Of a stretch of 64,000 bases of DNA, positions 42,008-51,614 are shown piece by piece. The first letter of the stretch is position 1; every line of letters starts with the position of its first letter. This stretch comes from an uncultured Actinomycetota bacterium. Its GTDB lineage: Bacteria > Actinomycetota > Actinomycetes > JAHEKZ01. Below the pieces are notes generated by a model. It did no database searches. It worked only from the letters and a program-made list of their open reading frames with translations, and was not told the DNA's origin. Position numbers and translations under genes: made by a program. The DNA lies in NCBI GenBank assembly GCA_963829525.1, contig CAWHIJ010000003.1, positions 1 through 64,000 of the forward strand, read 5' to 3'.

Positions 42008-42970
42008 ATGCTTAGTGGTGCGTTTCGTTCTCGGCTGCTCATCTCGCTCGCTGCCGTCACCATCGGTGTCTCACTGTTGGGGCTGCCCGCCGCGACTGCC
42101 GCACCTGGCCCCGTGACAGGGCTGACCGGTGTCCCCCAACCTCCTAAGACCGTCAGCATCACCTGGGATCCCTACTCCGAGTTCACGGTTGACCACTACA
42201 ACGTGACCCTCGCGCCCGGAAGCCGTTTCCAGCAGGTTCCCGCCGGAGTAACGTCCGTCGCCTTCAAGGACCTGAGTTGGGGCGTCAGCTACGTCGCCTC
42301 CGTCGTTGCGGTCGACAGCGGAGGCAATGAGTCGGGGGTAGCCAAACTCGAGCTCCGAGGCACGAAGTTGAACGGATCGATCAAGCCTTCCGTTGTGGCC
42401 CGCGGACGCGACGCAACGGTGAGCGGCTCCTTGCGGTGGCGCAATGACGATCCGATCGCAAACGCCCGGATCGTCGTGCTGCGCGCCTTTTACCCAGCGC
42501 CCTTCCCTGCCAGCAAGTTCAAGAAGGTCGGCGTGGACCGGACCAACCGCAAGGGCCTCTTCTCAGTGACGACCACGGCCCTCCAAAAGGCCCAGTACCG
42601 AGTTCTCTACCAAGGTGAGCCGGTCACGACCCCAACCGTTGGTGGATGGGACTCGAACATCGACCTTTCAGTGACCACCCCGATCAAGTTCCGGATGTCG
42701 CCGAACCCTGTCGCATTCGGTAACACCGTTCGCTTCTCGGGCGAGGTGAAGGCCCCAGGCACTCTGGTGTCCGGTGAGGCAATCCATCTTCAGCACAAGG
42801 TCAGCGGTAAGTGGAGGACCGTCAAGTCTGGTGCGGTCAAATCTGACAGCAGCTACTCGATCAAGTTCCAGCCGAGGGTCAACAGCAACCAGGCTTGGCG
42901 AGTGACCACGGGACGCAGCGACTACTTCTCGGCGTCTTACAGCAAGCCACAGGTTCTCGTCGTCAACTAA
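42008..42970 (+). CDS. Secreted fibronectin type III domain protein
   Basis: Signal peptide; PGPVTGL..ITWD..YNV..VVAVD..GNES. Confidence 0.7.
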   Translation: MLSGAFRSRLLISLAAVTIGVSLLGLPAATAAPGPVTGLTGVPQPPKTVSITWDPYSEFTVDHYNVTLAPGSRFQQVPAGVTSVAFKDLSWGVSYVASVVAVDSGGNESGVAKLELRGTKLNGSIKPSVVARGRDATVSGSLRWRNDDPIANARIVVLRAFYPAPFPASKFKKVGVDRTNRKGLFSVTTTALQKAQYRVLYQGEPVTTPTVGGWDSNIDLSVTTPIKFRMSPNPVAFGNTVRFSGEVKAPGTLVSGEAIHLQHKVSGKWRTVKSGAVKSDSSYSIKFQPRVNSNQAWRVTTGRSDYFSASYSKPQVLVVN

Positions 42971-42993
42971 CCCCGGCAGCCGCGGGTAGTGCG

Positions 42994-44445
42994 TCAGGTC
43001 AACGGCGCGTTCACAAACGTTGGCGCGCGGTCGCCCCAGAACGGGCGCGCCCTCTCGAGGGCGCGCCCGACGCGGAACGTCGTCACGTCGTCGAACGTTC
43101 GCCCGACGATCTGTACCCCGGTGGGAATGCCGTTGTCGGCGAACCCGGACGGCACGTTCAACACAGGGCAGCGGCTGAACATGTTGAACACGGGAGTCAG
43201 CAGGGCGTCGAAGTACTTCGGCAGGGTGACGCCGCCGACCTCGAGCGGCTTGCCGACGTATCCCTCGCCGGCCACCAGCCCGCGCGTTGCTGACGTCGGC
43301 GCGATCAGCACGTCGTAGCGCTCGAAGAGCCGGCCGATCGGCTTCCAGATCTCGGTCTCGAGCACCATGCCTTCGATCACCGGGGTGTCCTTCCCCATCT
43401 CTGCGGTCGAGCGCGCGAACTCGATCGCGTAGTCGTTCAGCAGGTCGCCGTGCTCCTCGGCAACGCTGCCGATCCACGCGGCGAACATGGTCTGGTAGTG
43501 AACGCTGAAGGCTCGCTCCAGCACCTCGCGATCGAGGGAGAGTTCGACCTCGTCGACGTTCGCTCCGGCGTCGCGCAGGGCGAGCGCGGCGTCCCGCGTG
43601 TTGGCGGCGACCTCGGGGTCGACCGGCCAGCCCCCGAAGTCAGTGGTGTAGCCGACACGCAGACCCTCGATGCCGTCGAGGTGCGCAGGGATCTCCAGCT
43701 TCGGGCGCAGCGAGGTGTGGTCGTTCGGGTGGGGGCCGGCGAGCGCGTTCTCGAGCAGCGCGCAGTCGGCGACCGTGCGCGCCAGCGGTCCGTTGTGGCA
43801 GTACGTGTCCATGTTGAACGGCAGCTCGACGGGCACGCGGCCGTACGGCGGCTTGAAGCCGACGACGCCGTTGAACGATGCCGGGATGCGGATCGAGCCG
43901 CCGATGTCGGAGCCGCTGGCGAGGGTTGCCGTGCCTGCGGCCAGCGCCGCCCCCGACCCGCCGCTGCTGCCGCCCACCGCGTAGTGCAGGTTCCACGGGT
44001 TGCGGGTGACGCCGTAGAGCTTGGAGTGGGTGAAGCCGGCGCAGCTGAACTCTGGCGTCGTGGTGCGCGCGTGAATGATGCCGCCGGCCTCGAGGATGCG
44101 CTCGCCGATCGGCGTCGTCTCCTCGGCGATGACGTCCCGGAAGGCCAGGGACGCCAGCGTCGCCGGCTCACCCTCGATCTCGACCTCGTCCTTGAGGCCG
44201 ACCGGCAGCCCCTCGAGCGGACGCGCGTCGTCGGGGTTGCGTGCGTAGACGGCCTCTGCAGCCTTGGCCTGCTCGAGTGCGCGTTCGTAGTAGGTGAAGC
44301 AGAACGCGTTGATGTCCGGCTCGACGGCGTCCGCGCGCGCGATCGTCGCCTCCAGCAGCTCGACGGGTGACAGCTCGCGGCTGCGGAACTTCGCGAGCGC
44401 GTCAGTGGCGGTGATGTAGTGCAGCTCATTCAGGGAGTCGGTCAT
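42994..44445 (-). CDS. Amidase signature family enzyme
   Basis: GLPVGLKD, GGSSGGSG, GSDIGGSIRIPA. Confidence 0.93.
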   Translation of the reverse strand: MTDSLNELHYITATDALAKFRSRELSPVELLEATIARADAVEPDINAFCFTYYERALEQAKAAEAVYARNPDDARPLEGLPVGLKDEVEIEGEPATLASLAFRDVIAEETTPIGERILEAGGIIHARTTTPEFSCAGFTHSKLYGVTRNPWNLHYAVGGSSGGSGAALAAGTATLASGSDIGGSIRIPASFNGVVGFKPPYGRVPVELPFNMDTYCHNGPLARTVADCALLENALAGPHPNDHTSLRPKLEIPAHLDGIEGLRVGYTTDFGGWPVDPEVAANTRDAALALRDAGANVDEVELSLDREVLERAFSVHYQTMFAAWIGSVAEEHGDLLNDYAIEFARSTAEMGKDTPVIEGMVLETEIWKPIGRLFERYDVLIAPTSATRGLVAGEGYVGKPLEVGGVTLPKYFDALLTPVFNMFSRCPVLNVPSGFADNGIPTGVQIVGRTFDDVTTFRVGRALERARPFWGDRAPTFVNAPLT

Positions 44446-44486
44446 GGCGCGATCGTGCCACACCGCGTCCCCCTCACACCCCCCGG

Positions 44487-44532
44487 ATTGTGTAGGCCTG
44501 CTGGGGGTATGGCCCCAGCAGGCCTACACAAT
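44487..44532. repeat. Perfect 20-bp-stem hairpin (terminator or REP-like)
   Basis: ATTGTGTAGGCCTGCTGGGG ... CCCCAGCAGGCCTACACAAT. Confidence 0.7.
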
Positions 44533-44541
44533 GTTGGGTGG

Positions 44542-45162
44542 CTAGCTCTGGTTCTTCCAGTCGCGCAGCATCTGCTTCATCTCGTTGATCTCGGCCGTCT
44601 GCGACTCCTCGATCGACTGCGCCAGCGCAATGGCGTCCGCAGACTGGCCGTTCGCCTGCTCATCCTGCGCCATCTCGATGGCGCCTTCGTGGTGGGCGAT
44701 CATCATCAGCACCCACATCCGGTCGAACGCGATGCCGCTGCCCATCATGCCTCGAATCTGGCCCATCTGATCGCCGTCCATCATGCCCGGCATGCCGTAG
44801 TCGCTGTCGGTATCTGTGTCGCCGCCCATCATCATGTGGTCGTAGCTGTCGAGGTCGGGGACGTCTTCGCCCCACGACTCCAGCCACCCGGTCATCTCCT
44901 CGATCTCCGGCGCCTGCGCAGCCTTGATGCGCTCGGCCAGGTCTTGCAGCTCTTGCGTCTTGGCGCCGTCGATGGCGACGTCCGCCATCACGAGCGCCTG
45001 CTGGTGGTGCGGAATCATGTCTTGCGCGAATGTGACATCCGCTTCGTTGTGGTTGGCGGAAGTCGCACCGGTCGCGTCAGTGGTGTCGCCGCCGCAGCCG
45101 GCCAAGACCAACAGCGCGGCAGCGGCTGCTGGAAGGACGCGGGTGAACATACGGGTACCCAT
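44542..45162 (-). CDS. DUF305 (CopM-like) lipoprotein
   Basis: LAGC lipobox, DVTFAQDMIPHHQQA, MIAHHEGAIEMA. Confidence 0.9.
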   Translation of the reverse strand: MGTRMFTRVLPAAAAALLVLAGCGGDTTDATGATSANHNEADVTFAQDMIPHHQQALVMADVAIDGAKTQELQDLAERIKAAQAPEIEEMTGWLESWGEDVPDLDSYDHMMMGGDTDTDSDYGMPGMMDGDQMGQIRGMMGSGIAFDRMWVLMMIAHHEGAIEMAQDEQANGQSADAIALAQSIEESQTAEINEMKQMLRDWKNQS

Positions 45163-45468
45163 CGAGGCTCCCGCGGTGATGGCGGGGACGGTCCCCGCGG
45201 CGGTGGCGGCGGTGGCGTCACCCGCGACGGCATCGCTGTGCCGCATTCCCAGCGCCAAGACAGCAGTCGCCGCCCCGACGGCCACCCTGCGCGGATTCAC
45301 TTGCCCAGAGTACGCCCGGCCTCAGCAGCCCCACGCCTCCAGATCGTCAAGGTGCGGCCCCACACTGCCGATATCCGGTGCATAGAGCATCCGCCCGTTG
45401 TAGCTGTGAAGCGCAGCGGGCGGACTGCCGCCCGCGACCAGGGCAGGCTAAGAGGACTGCCCACTACC

Positions 45469-45558
45469 TCACGTCAATGCCCACCCGATGTAGATGGCCG
45501 CTCCCCACAGAGGGGCGGTGAAGGTCAGTCCCAGGATCAGTCCGCGAAACGCGACCAT
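45469..45558 (-). CDS. Putative 29-aa single-TM small protein
   Basis: MVAFRGLILGLTFTAPLWGAAIYIGWALT with GGAG RBS; below ORF-track cutoff. Confidence 0.4.
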   Translation of the reverse strand: MVAFRGLILGLTFTAPLWGAAIYIGWALT

Positions 45559-45675
45559 CGTTAGCTCCATCCTTAGTGCATCTCGCCCGTATCCGGATCG
45601 AGGTGGGTGCCGTGCTCGTTCGTGGTCGGGCTTGTCGTTGAAGGTCACGATGTCCGTGCAGCCACATGGAATGCC

Positions 45676-46839
45676 TCAGGCGCCGCGGTTCTTGCGGAAT
45701 GGACCGGTAACCTCGAATGTGAGCCCCTCGTCATCGGTGCCTCGCTGCGAGCTGAAGTACAGGCGAGTCCCGTCCGGGCTGAATGCGCTGCCGGTGATCG
45801 CGCTACCCCCGTGGCCGACCAGCTGCACGAAAGGCGCAGATACCCGACGGCGCCTCGCATCGGCGAGCAGAACCAACTGCAGGCCGGCATCGACGTCGGC
45901 ATCGTCGTCCGACACCAGGATGTCTCCGGACCGCTCGTGCACCGTGATGCTCGACGGGTGTCGCAGGGGAGCGTCAGGTCCGATCGCCTCCGCGTCGTAG
46001 ATCACCTCGAGCTCGTTTGCGGCAATGTTCATCGCCCAGACCCGTTGGTCGGTCGTCGCGAAGAACAGGTGACCGTCGGAGGACCACGCGACGTCGCTGC
46101 CGCGGAAGCCGGTCGTCGCGTCACTTCGCTCCGGACGCCGCCCCGAGACCTCGACCCAGTCGACGTGTCCGCTGCGGCGCAGCTTGGCCGCCTCGAGGAT
46201 GCCGGTCGACAGGTCGCCGTACTCGTCGGGACGGAACCGGTAGACGCGTCCGTCGTGGTCGTCCTCGGTCAGGTAGACCCAGCCGGTGCGTGGGTCGACG
46301 ACAGCGTCGCCGTGCGCGAACGCGCCGACGCCGGGGCGGACAGCACCCTGGCCCGGCTTCATCGGGTCGCACTCCCAGACGCGGCCGTGACCGGAGCCGC
46401 TCGCACGACAGCCAGGTGGACCACGGCGTCGCGCCGCCGGCGTCGTTGTCCGGTGTCCCGCCCAAGATCCGGTACGCGTCGACGATCCGGCCTTCGGCGT
46501 TGAAGCGGATCGCTCCGGCGCCGCCGCCTTGGCCAGGCAGGTCGGAGTTGCTCGCGTAGACCCAGCCGCCGTCCTTGGTGCGGAAGGTCGCACCGCCGGC
46601 CGGCTCGCCGTGCCATGCGTAGTCGGAGCCGGCGACGAGGCGTCCGGCCCTGCCGATCAGCCTGGCGCGGAATCCACCCGGCAGGCGGATGCCGTAGATG
46701 TCTGGCTGGCCGAGAGGGCCGTAGGGCCCGAGCCCGATCAGCGCCGGTGCCGCCAAGGCCCTGCGCCAGAAGTCGATGCCGAGGCTGAGCGCCGGCAGGG
46801 GACCCGGTCCGAGGCGCGGTGCCCGTCCATGGTCGTCAT
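45676..46839 (-). pseudogene. phoX: PhoX/DUF839-like beta-propeller, frameshifted, metal ligands altered
   Basis: GPYGPL, GGWVYASNS, GGATPWSTWLSCE, YLTED, AFSPDGTRLYFSSQRG across at least two frames. Confidence 0.72.
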
Positions 46840-47043
46840 ACCGTCGAGCGTGGAGCGGCCCAGTGGCCGCAGCTGTCCTGCCGGAGAAACAGCACGTGAA
46901 CGTTGGGGGGCGAGTTCGCGCGGCCTGCGTCGTCCATTCGCGGCATCCGATGTACCCCTGCGGTACACCGATCACCGCGAATGGCGGCGGCGGCGCGGCA
47001 CAATGGGCGGGAATCGTCGTCGCACCCGGAGGCTTGAACCAGC

Positions 47044-48482
47044 GTGGAGTTCGTTGCCCTCATCGCCCGGCTGGCCCTCGTGGTCACGTTTGCCATCTCT
47101 GCGGTCGCAAAGATCCGGGACGCCGACGGCGCGCGCCAGGCCGTCCGCGACTTCGGCGTCCCCGCAGGCGTCGCCCCGCTGGTGGCCACCTCACTGGCGC
47201 CGCTCGAGCTGGCGTCGGCCGCCCTGCTGCTGACCACCGACCTCGGTGTCACCGCCGGCGCGCTGCTGGCCCTGGGGCTGCTCGCCGCGTTCACCTCGGG
47301 CATCGTCACCAACCTGCTGCGCGGCAACCGGGTGGACTGTCACTGCTTCGGCGCGATGTCGAGCAAGCCGCTCTCGTGGTGGTCGGTGGTGCGCAACAGC
47401 GCGATGATGCTGCTGGCCGTTGTGGTGCTCGCGGGCGGAACGACGCAGGGCTGGCCCTGGCAGGTCGTGAGCCGAGACCTTCGACGGCCTCTCCACCGCT
47501 GAGACGTGGCTCGCCGTCGGGCTGATCGCGCTGGCACTGGCCGTCGTCGTGCTCGCGGTGCTCTTCTTCTCGCTGCTGCAGCGGTACGGCTCGGTGCTGC
47601 TGCGCCTCGAAGCTCTGGAGTCCGCCCCCGCCGGCGCACACCAAGGACACGGACACGCGCACGAGTTCGCTCCGTGGGCGGCGCCCGAGATCGCCGCGGT
47701 GGACGCCTCCGGTGCTGACCTGTCCCTCGACGACATCGCCGCCGACGACCGGGCCAGCCTGTTCGTCTTCGTCGCCCCATGGTGCGAGGCATGCGGCGAG
47801 CTCGTCGACGACCTCAAGTCGTGGCAGGCCGACGACACCGGCCCCAACGTCGTCGTCCTCAGCGGTGGCGAGCGCGACGCGATCACCGCGAAGTTCGGCC
47901 CGGACGTCAACGTCTTCGCGCATGACGGCGCCCCCATCGACGACTACCGCGTCGAGTACACGCCCGGGCGCTGTCGTGGTGAGCACCGACCGCATGGTCA
48001 CCGTCACCCCGGCGTACGGCTCGGACGACGTCCGCCGCCTCTACAACGCGCTCGCCGGACGCGAGCCGCAAGACCTGGTGATCGGCCCGCCGCCGGTGCG
48101 CGAGGGCGACCCTGCGCCGGACGTAATGGTCGAGCTCGACGGCGAGCGGATGCCGATCGCCGAGGCCGCCGGCGACGACGCCGTCCTTCTGTTCTGGGAC
48201 ACCACCTGCGGGTTCTGCCAGCAGATCGAGGGCGACGTGCTGCGCCGGCAAGACACCGTGCCGCTGGTGCTCGTGCTGCGCGGCGACTCCGAGGCCGGCG
48301 TCCGCGAGACCGGGTTCACCGTGCCGGTGGCGCTCGACCCGACGTTCGGCGTCGGCGGGGCGCTGCAGGCTCCCGGGACTCCGACCGCCGTGCGGGTGCG
48401 CGACGGCGAGATCGCGTCAACGGTGGCGGTGGGCGGGCCTGAGGTGCTGAACCTGCTGGCGTCCGTCCGCGTCATGGGCTGA
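47044..48482 (+). CDS. MauE/DoxX membrane domain fused to two thioredoxin-like domains (two apparent frameshifts)
   Basis: SAVAK, VDCHCFG, VVRN (MauE); APWCEAC and TTCGFC CxxC motifs, GTPTAV. Confidence 0.8.
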
Positions 48483-48631
48483 CGCGCCGGCGAGCGCCAC
48501 CCTCGGAATGTGTTAGCTGGCTGGGGCCATTGCCCCATCGAACGCACACGTTGTGCCAGCCGCAGGCGACGCCGCCGATCTAGCGCGTGTCGGCGCTGGG
48601 CTCCCCCTGACCCCACGGTCAGGATGATCAG

Positions 48632-48931
48632 ATGACCGACGAGTGGGAGGTGCGGCTGACCCTGGCTGTCGAGCCGCCACCGGACGAGGGAACCGTTCAC
48701 CGGATCGGGACGACGCAGCCGGTGCCGTGGTCTGGCATCGGCCTGGCAGAGGGCTCCCAGGGGATCACCCGGCTCGCGCTCAACTACGTGTCGACGCCCG
48801 CCACGCCGGCCGAGGCGGTCGCGCAGGCCTTCGACAACGTCGGCCGCGCCCTCGACCAGCACGGCCTCGGTCTCGAGCGGGTGATCGACGTCGCTGTGGT
48901 CTCGGCCACCCGCGACGAGCGCGACTGGTAG
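48632..48931 (+). CDS. Hypothetical protein
   Basis: 99-aa ORF with GC3-rich codons and AGGA upstream. Confidence 0.55.
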   Translation: MTDEWEVRLTLAVEPPPDEGTVHRIGTTQPVPWSGIGLAEGSQGITRLALNYVSTPATPAEAVAQAFDNVGRALDQHGLGLERVIDVAVVSATRDERDW

Positions 48932-49049
48932 GCGTCCAGACCCCCAAAGAGCCCTCGACTGGGCCATTCGGGTGACCTTAGGAAGTTGATCTTCACCCAG
49001 ATGGGCGTACAGAAGTCGATGCCGGCCGGTCCCACAGAAGGGCTCTCGA

Positions 49050-49076
49050 CTCAAGCGCGCGGGCCCAATTGCCGAA
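49050..49076 (+). promoter_or_regulatory. Putative sigma-28 (FliA/WhiG)-type promoter CTCA-N17-GCCGAA
   Basis: Ends 9 nt before GTG 49086, which lacks an RBS (leaderless). Confidence 0.45.
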
Positions 49077-49085
49077 GTTATCTTC

Positions 49086-49752
49086 GTGGGGCACTGGCTC
49101 GACGCGCTGGCAAAGGCGTCGACCGGTCACCGAACACGTCATCGCACTGCTGTCTCGGGGACCGAATCGCCGCCTGAGCCCGGGCGTCCCGCGGCGATCG
49201 CCCCTGCGCCGGAAGCGCAGGGTCTGACTCGGCGCGCCCTGCTCCAGCGCGGCGCCGTCGTCGGCGCTGTCGTCTGGACGACGCCACTGCTGCAGTCCGC
49301 ACTCGCCCCAGCTGCGGCCGTCAGCCCCCCTCCGGCCTGCACGGTGTCCTGCCCGGCCGGGAGCCTCTGTACGACGACCACGAACTGCGCCTCGGGCCTG
49401 ACCTGCATCGGAGGGATCTGCAAGATCCCGTACGGCAACACCACCGCGGTCTGCAACGCATCCACCCAGTGCCAGAGCGGCAACTGCAGCGCCACCACAA
49501 ACCGTTGCCTCGCCTCATGGCCGGGGACCACCTGCACCTCGGGCACGCAGTGCCTGTCTGGAAAGTGCACCGGCGGCAAATGCTTCGAGAACGCCCTCGG
49601 CGGGACGTGCCGAACCACCGCCGACTGCACCGACAACACCACCTGCCCGGCTGGGACGGGTGGACCCTACGTCTGTGGCGGAACCGGGGCGTCGTGCCAG
49701 AACAGCAACAAGTGCGTTATCCAACAACTGCCGAGAAGGGGTCTGCCGGTAG
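49086..49752 (+). CDS. Tat-exported cysteine-rich repeat protein 1 (22 Cys after correcting one frameshift near 49717)
   Basis: TRRALL Tat motif, WTTP..APAAA-VS, five C-x5-C-x4/5-C-xn-C modules; corrected end CVSNNCREGVCR-TAG. Confidence 0.82.
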
Positions 49753-49876
49753 ATCCCGCACGCCTAAAGCGACTCCCCCCACACCCAATCGGGCTTCGTC
49801 CGTTGGGTGGCTCGCACAAAGTGCCCCATTTCCCCTAGAGTGTCCACGTCGACGATCTATCTCCCGGGGGTACCTC

Positions 49877-50546
49877 ATGAGCAGTTGGCTCGATGGTTGG
49901 GCCAGGCGCGCCGCCGAGGCGACGCCTAATGCTCCTCAGACCTCCGAGGCACCTTCGCGCGGGGACGCCGGCTACGCCCGTCGTGACTTTCTGAAGAAGG
50001 CCGGCATCGTCGGCGGCGTCGCCTGGTCGGTGCCCGTGCTGCAGACCGTGATGGCCCCGGCGGCGAGCGCGTCGGTCGGCACGCTGGCAGCGTCTGCACG
50101 GCGCCAGGCCTGAACTGGGCACGGCTGCGCTGACGCGATGCAACGCCGCCAACGTCTGCGGCGGTGTGGGCGCCATCTGTCCGACTGGGAGCCTGCTACT
50201 CGTCAACGTGCTCGGCACTGGTGCTCCAGGCAAACGCTGCAGTGACATTCGCGGTGGCATAGGCGCAACCTGCTCGCCCTCGTGACGGTCTGCAGGCAAC
50301 TGCGGCTCCGGAGTCGGCTGCTCATCGCGGATGGGACAACCTACCTGTGGTGGCTCCAGCGGCCGACTTGCGGTACGAGCAACGCCCTGCTGCGGATGGC
50401 AACGTGCAGCAGGAAACATCTCAGAGACCGGCGTACACTCGTCGGCGGCGAAGGGTGCGACCTGACTGCAAGACTGGCACCGCTAGCGCTGCCGACCGGT
50501 GCAAGTCGGGCTGCACACCAACCAGGCATCCGGTAACTGCGGCTAG
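49877..50546 (+). CDS. Tat-exported cysteine-rich repeat protein 2 (multiple frameshifts)
   Basis: ARRDFLK Tat motif, WSVP..APAASAS; CGGxGAxC units in alternating frames; ends GNCG-TAG. Confidence 0.68.
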
Positions 50547-50587
50547 AGCACCTCGGTCTCCGCACTTGGTTCCCGGCGCTCGGCAGG

Positions 50588-51514
50588 ATGTTAAGTCTCG
50601 GAGCGACCCTTGATCTTCATCGAGGCTCGGCGCGGGCAGCCTGCTGCTGCACGCTGGTGGTGCTGCCAGCGCTGAACGGGCGGACCGTCGTCGTCCACGG
50701 CGCCTCCGGTGCCGGCAAGACGACGCTGACCACGGCGCTCGTCCAAGCCGGGCTCGCCTACGTCACCGACGAAACGGTCTGCCTCGATCCCGACACGCTC
50801 GTCATCGAGCCGTTCACCAAGCCGCTGACGGTCAAGCCGGGTTCGCAGGAGCTGCTCGCGCACCTCGCCCCACCGCCGGAGGAAGTCTCCGAGGGCAGCG
50901 GTAACTGGCAGCTCCCACCCGAACGCCTTGGCGGCCCGCCACTTCCCGACGCCGAGCTTCGCCCCGCAGTCATCGTCTTCCCCGACGTCGACCCAGACCG
51001 CACCGACGTCGTCGCCACCCCGGTCTCACCCGCTCGCGCCGCCTTCGTGCTCGGCGAGCAGTCGAGCGCGATGTGGGCGATCGAACCGCGTCCGCTGGCC
51101 GCCATCGCACGACTCGTCACCACCGTCCCCGCCTTCCAGGTCAGCTACGGCAACGCGTTCGAGGCCGCCCCGGTCATCATCGGCGAGCTCATGGACGCCG
51201 CTCCCCCGAGGGGCTCGAGCCACCCTCGAACACCGCCGAGCCGGCACCCACCGGCACCGCCGGCCCGCGTCGCGCGGACGGCGTCGACTGGATCCTGCTC
51301 GCGGGCGAGGCCGTGCTCTTCGACGGCGAGCACCTGCACCACCTCGACGGCCCCGGCGCCGCGATCTGGCTCGCCCTCGACGGCGGGCTCGACCTGCCAG
51401 GCGTTGCCGCCGAGCTCGCCGAGCACTTCGGCGCGGACGCCGACGCACATCCTGCTTGACGTCGAAGACCTGGTGCGCGTGCTCAGTGCACGCAAACTCA
51501 TCAGCCATCCCTAG
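50588..51514 (+). CDS. HPr kinase-like P-loop protein fused to C-terminal PqqD/RRE domain (frameshifted; true start uncertain)
   Basis: LLLHAG (other frame), GASGAGKTTL, YVTDE; EAVLFD..LHHLDGPGAAIWLALDG..ELAEHF..DVEDLV. Confidence 0.75.
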   Translation: MLSLGATLDLHRGSARAACCCTLVVLPALNGRTVVVHGASGAGKTTLTTALVQAGLAYVTDETVCLDPDTLVIEPFTKPLTVKPGSQELLAHLAPPPEEVSEGSGNWQLPPERLGGPPLPDAELRPAVIVFPDVDPDRTDVVATPVSPARAAFVLGEQSSAMWAIEPRPLAAIARLVTTVPAFQVSYGNAFEAAPVIIGELMDAAPPRGSSHPRTPPSRHPPAPPARVARTASTGSCSRARPCSSTASTCTTSTAPAPRSGSPSTAGSTCQALPPSSPSTSARTPTHILLDVEDLVRVLSARKLISHP

Positions 51515-51614
51515 CCGCTGACGCCCACCACCCGGCTGGCGGATCCCGCCCGCATGCGAGGTCGGCCATCCTTGATCGGTTAGGGGCCAGTCGAAGCACA
51601 GGGGGAACACAACC

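Noticed and set aside
47044-50546. Methylamine dehydrogenase (mau) cluster
   Set aside because: No MauB or MauG; Cys-rich proteins are repeat-built and do not resemble the TTQ small subunit
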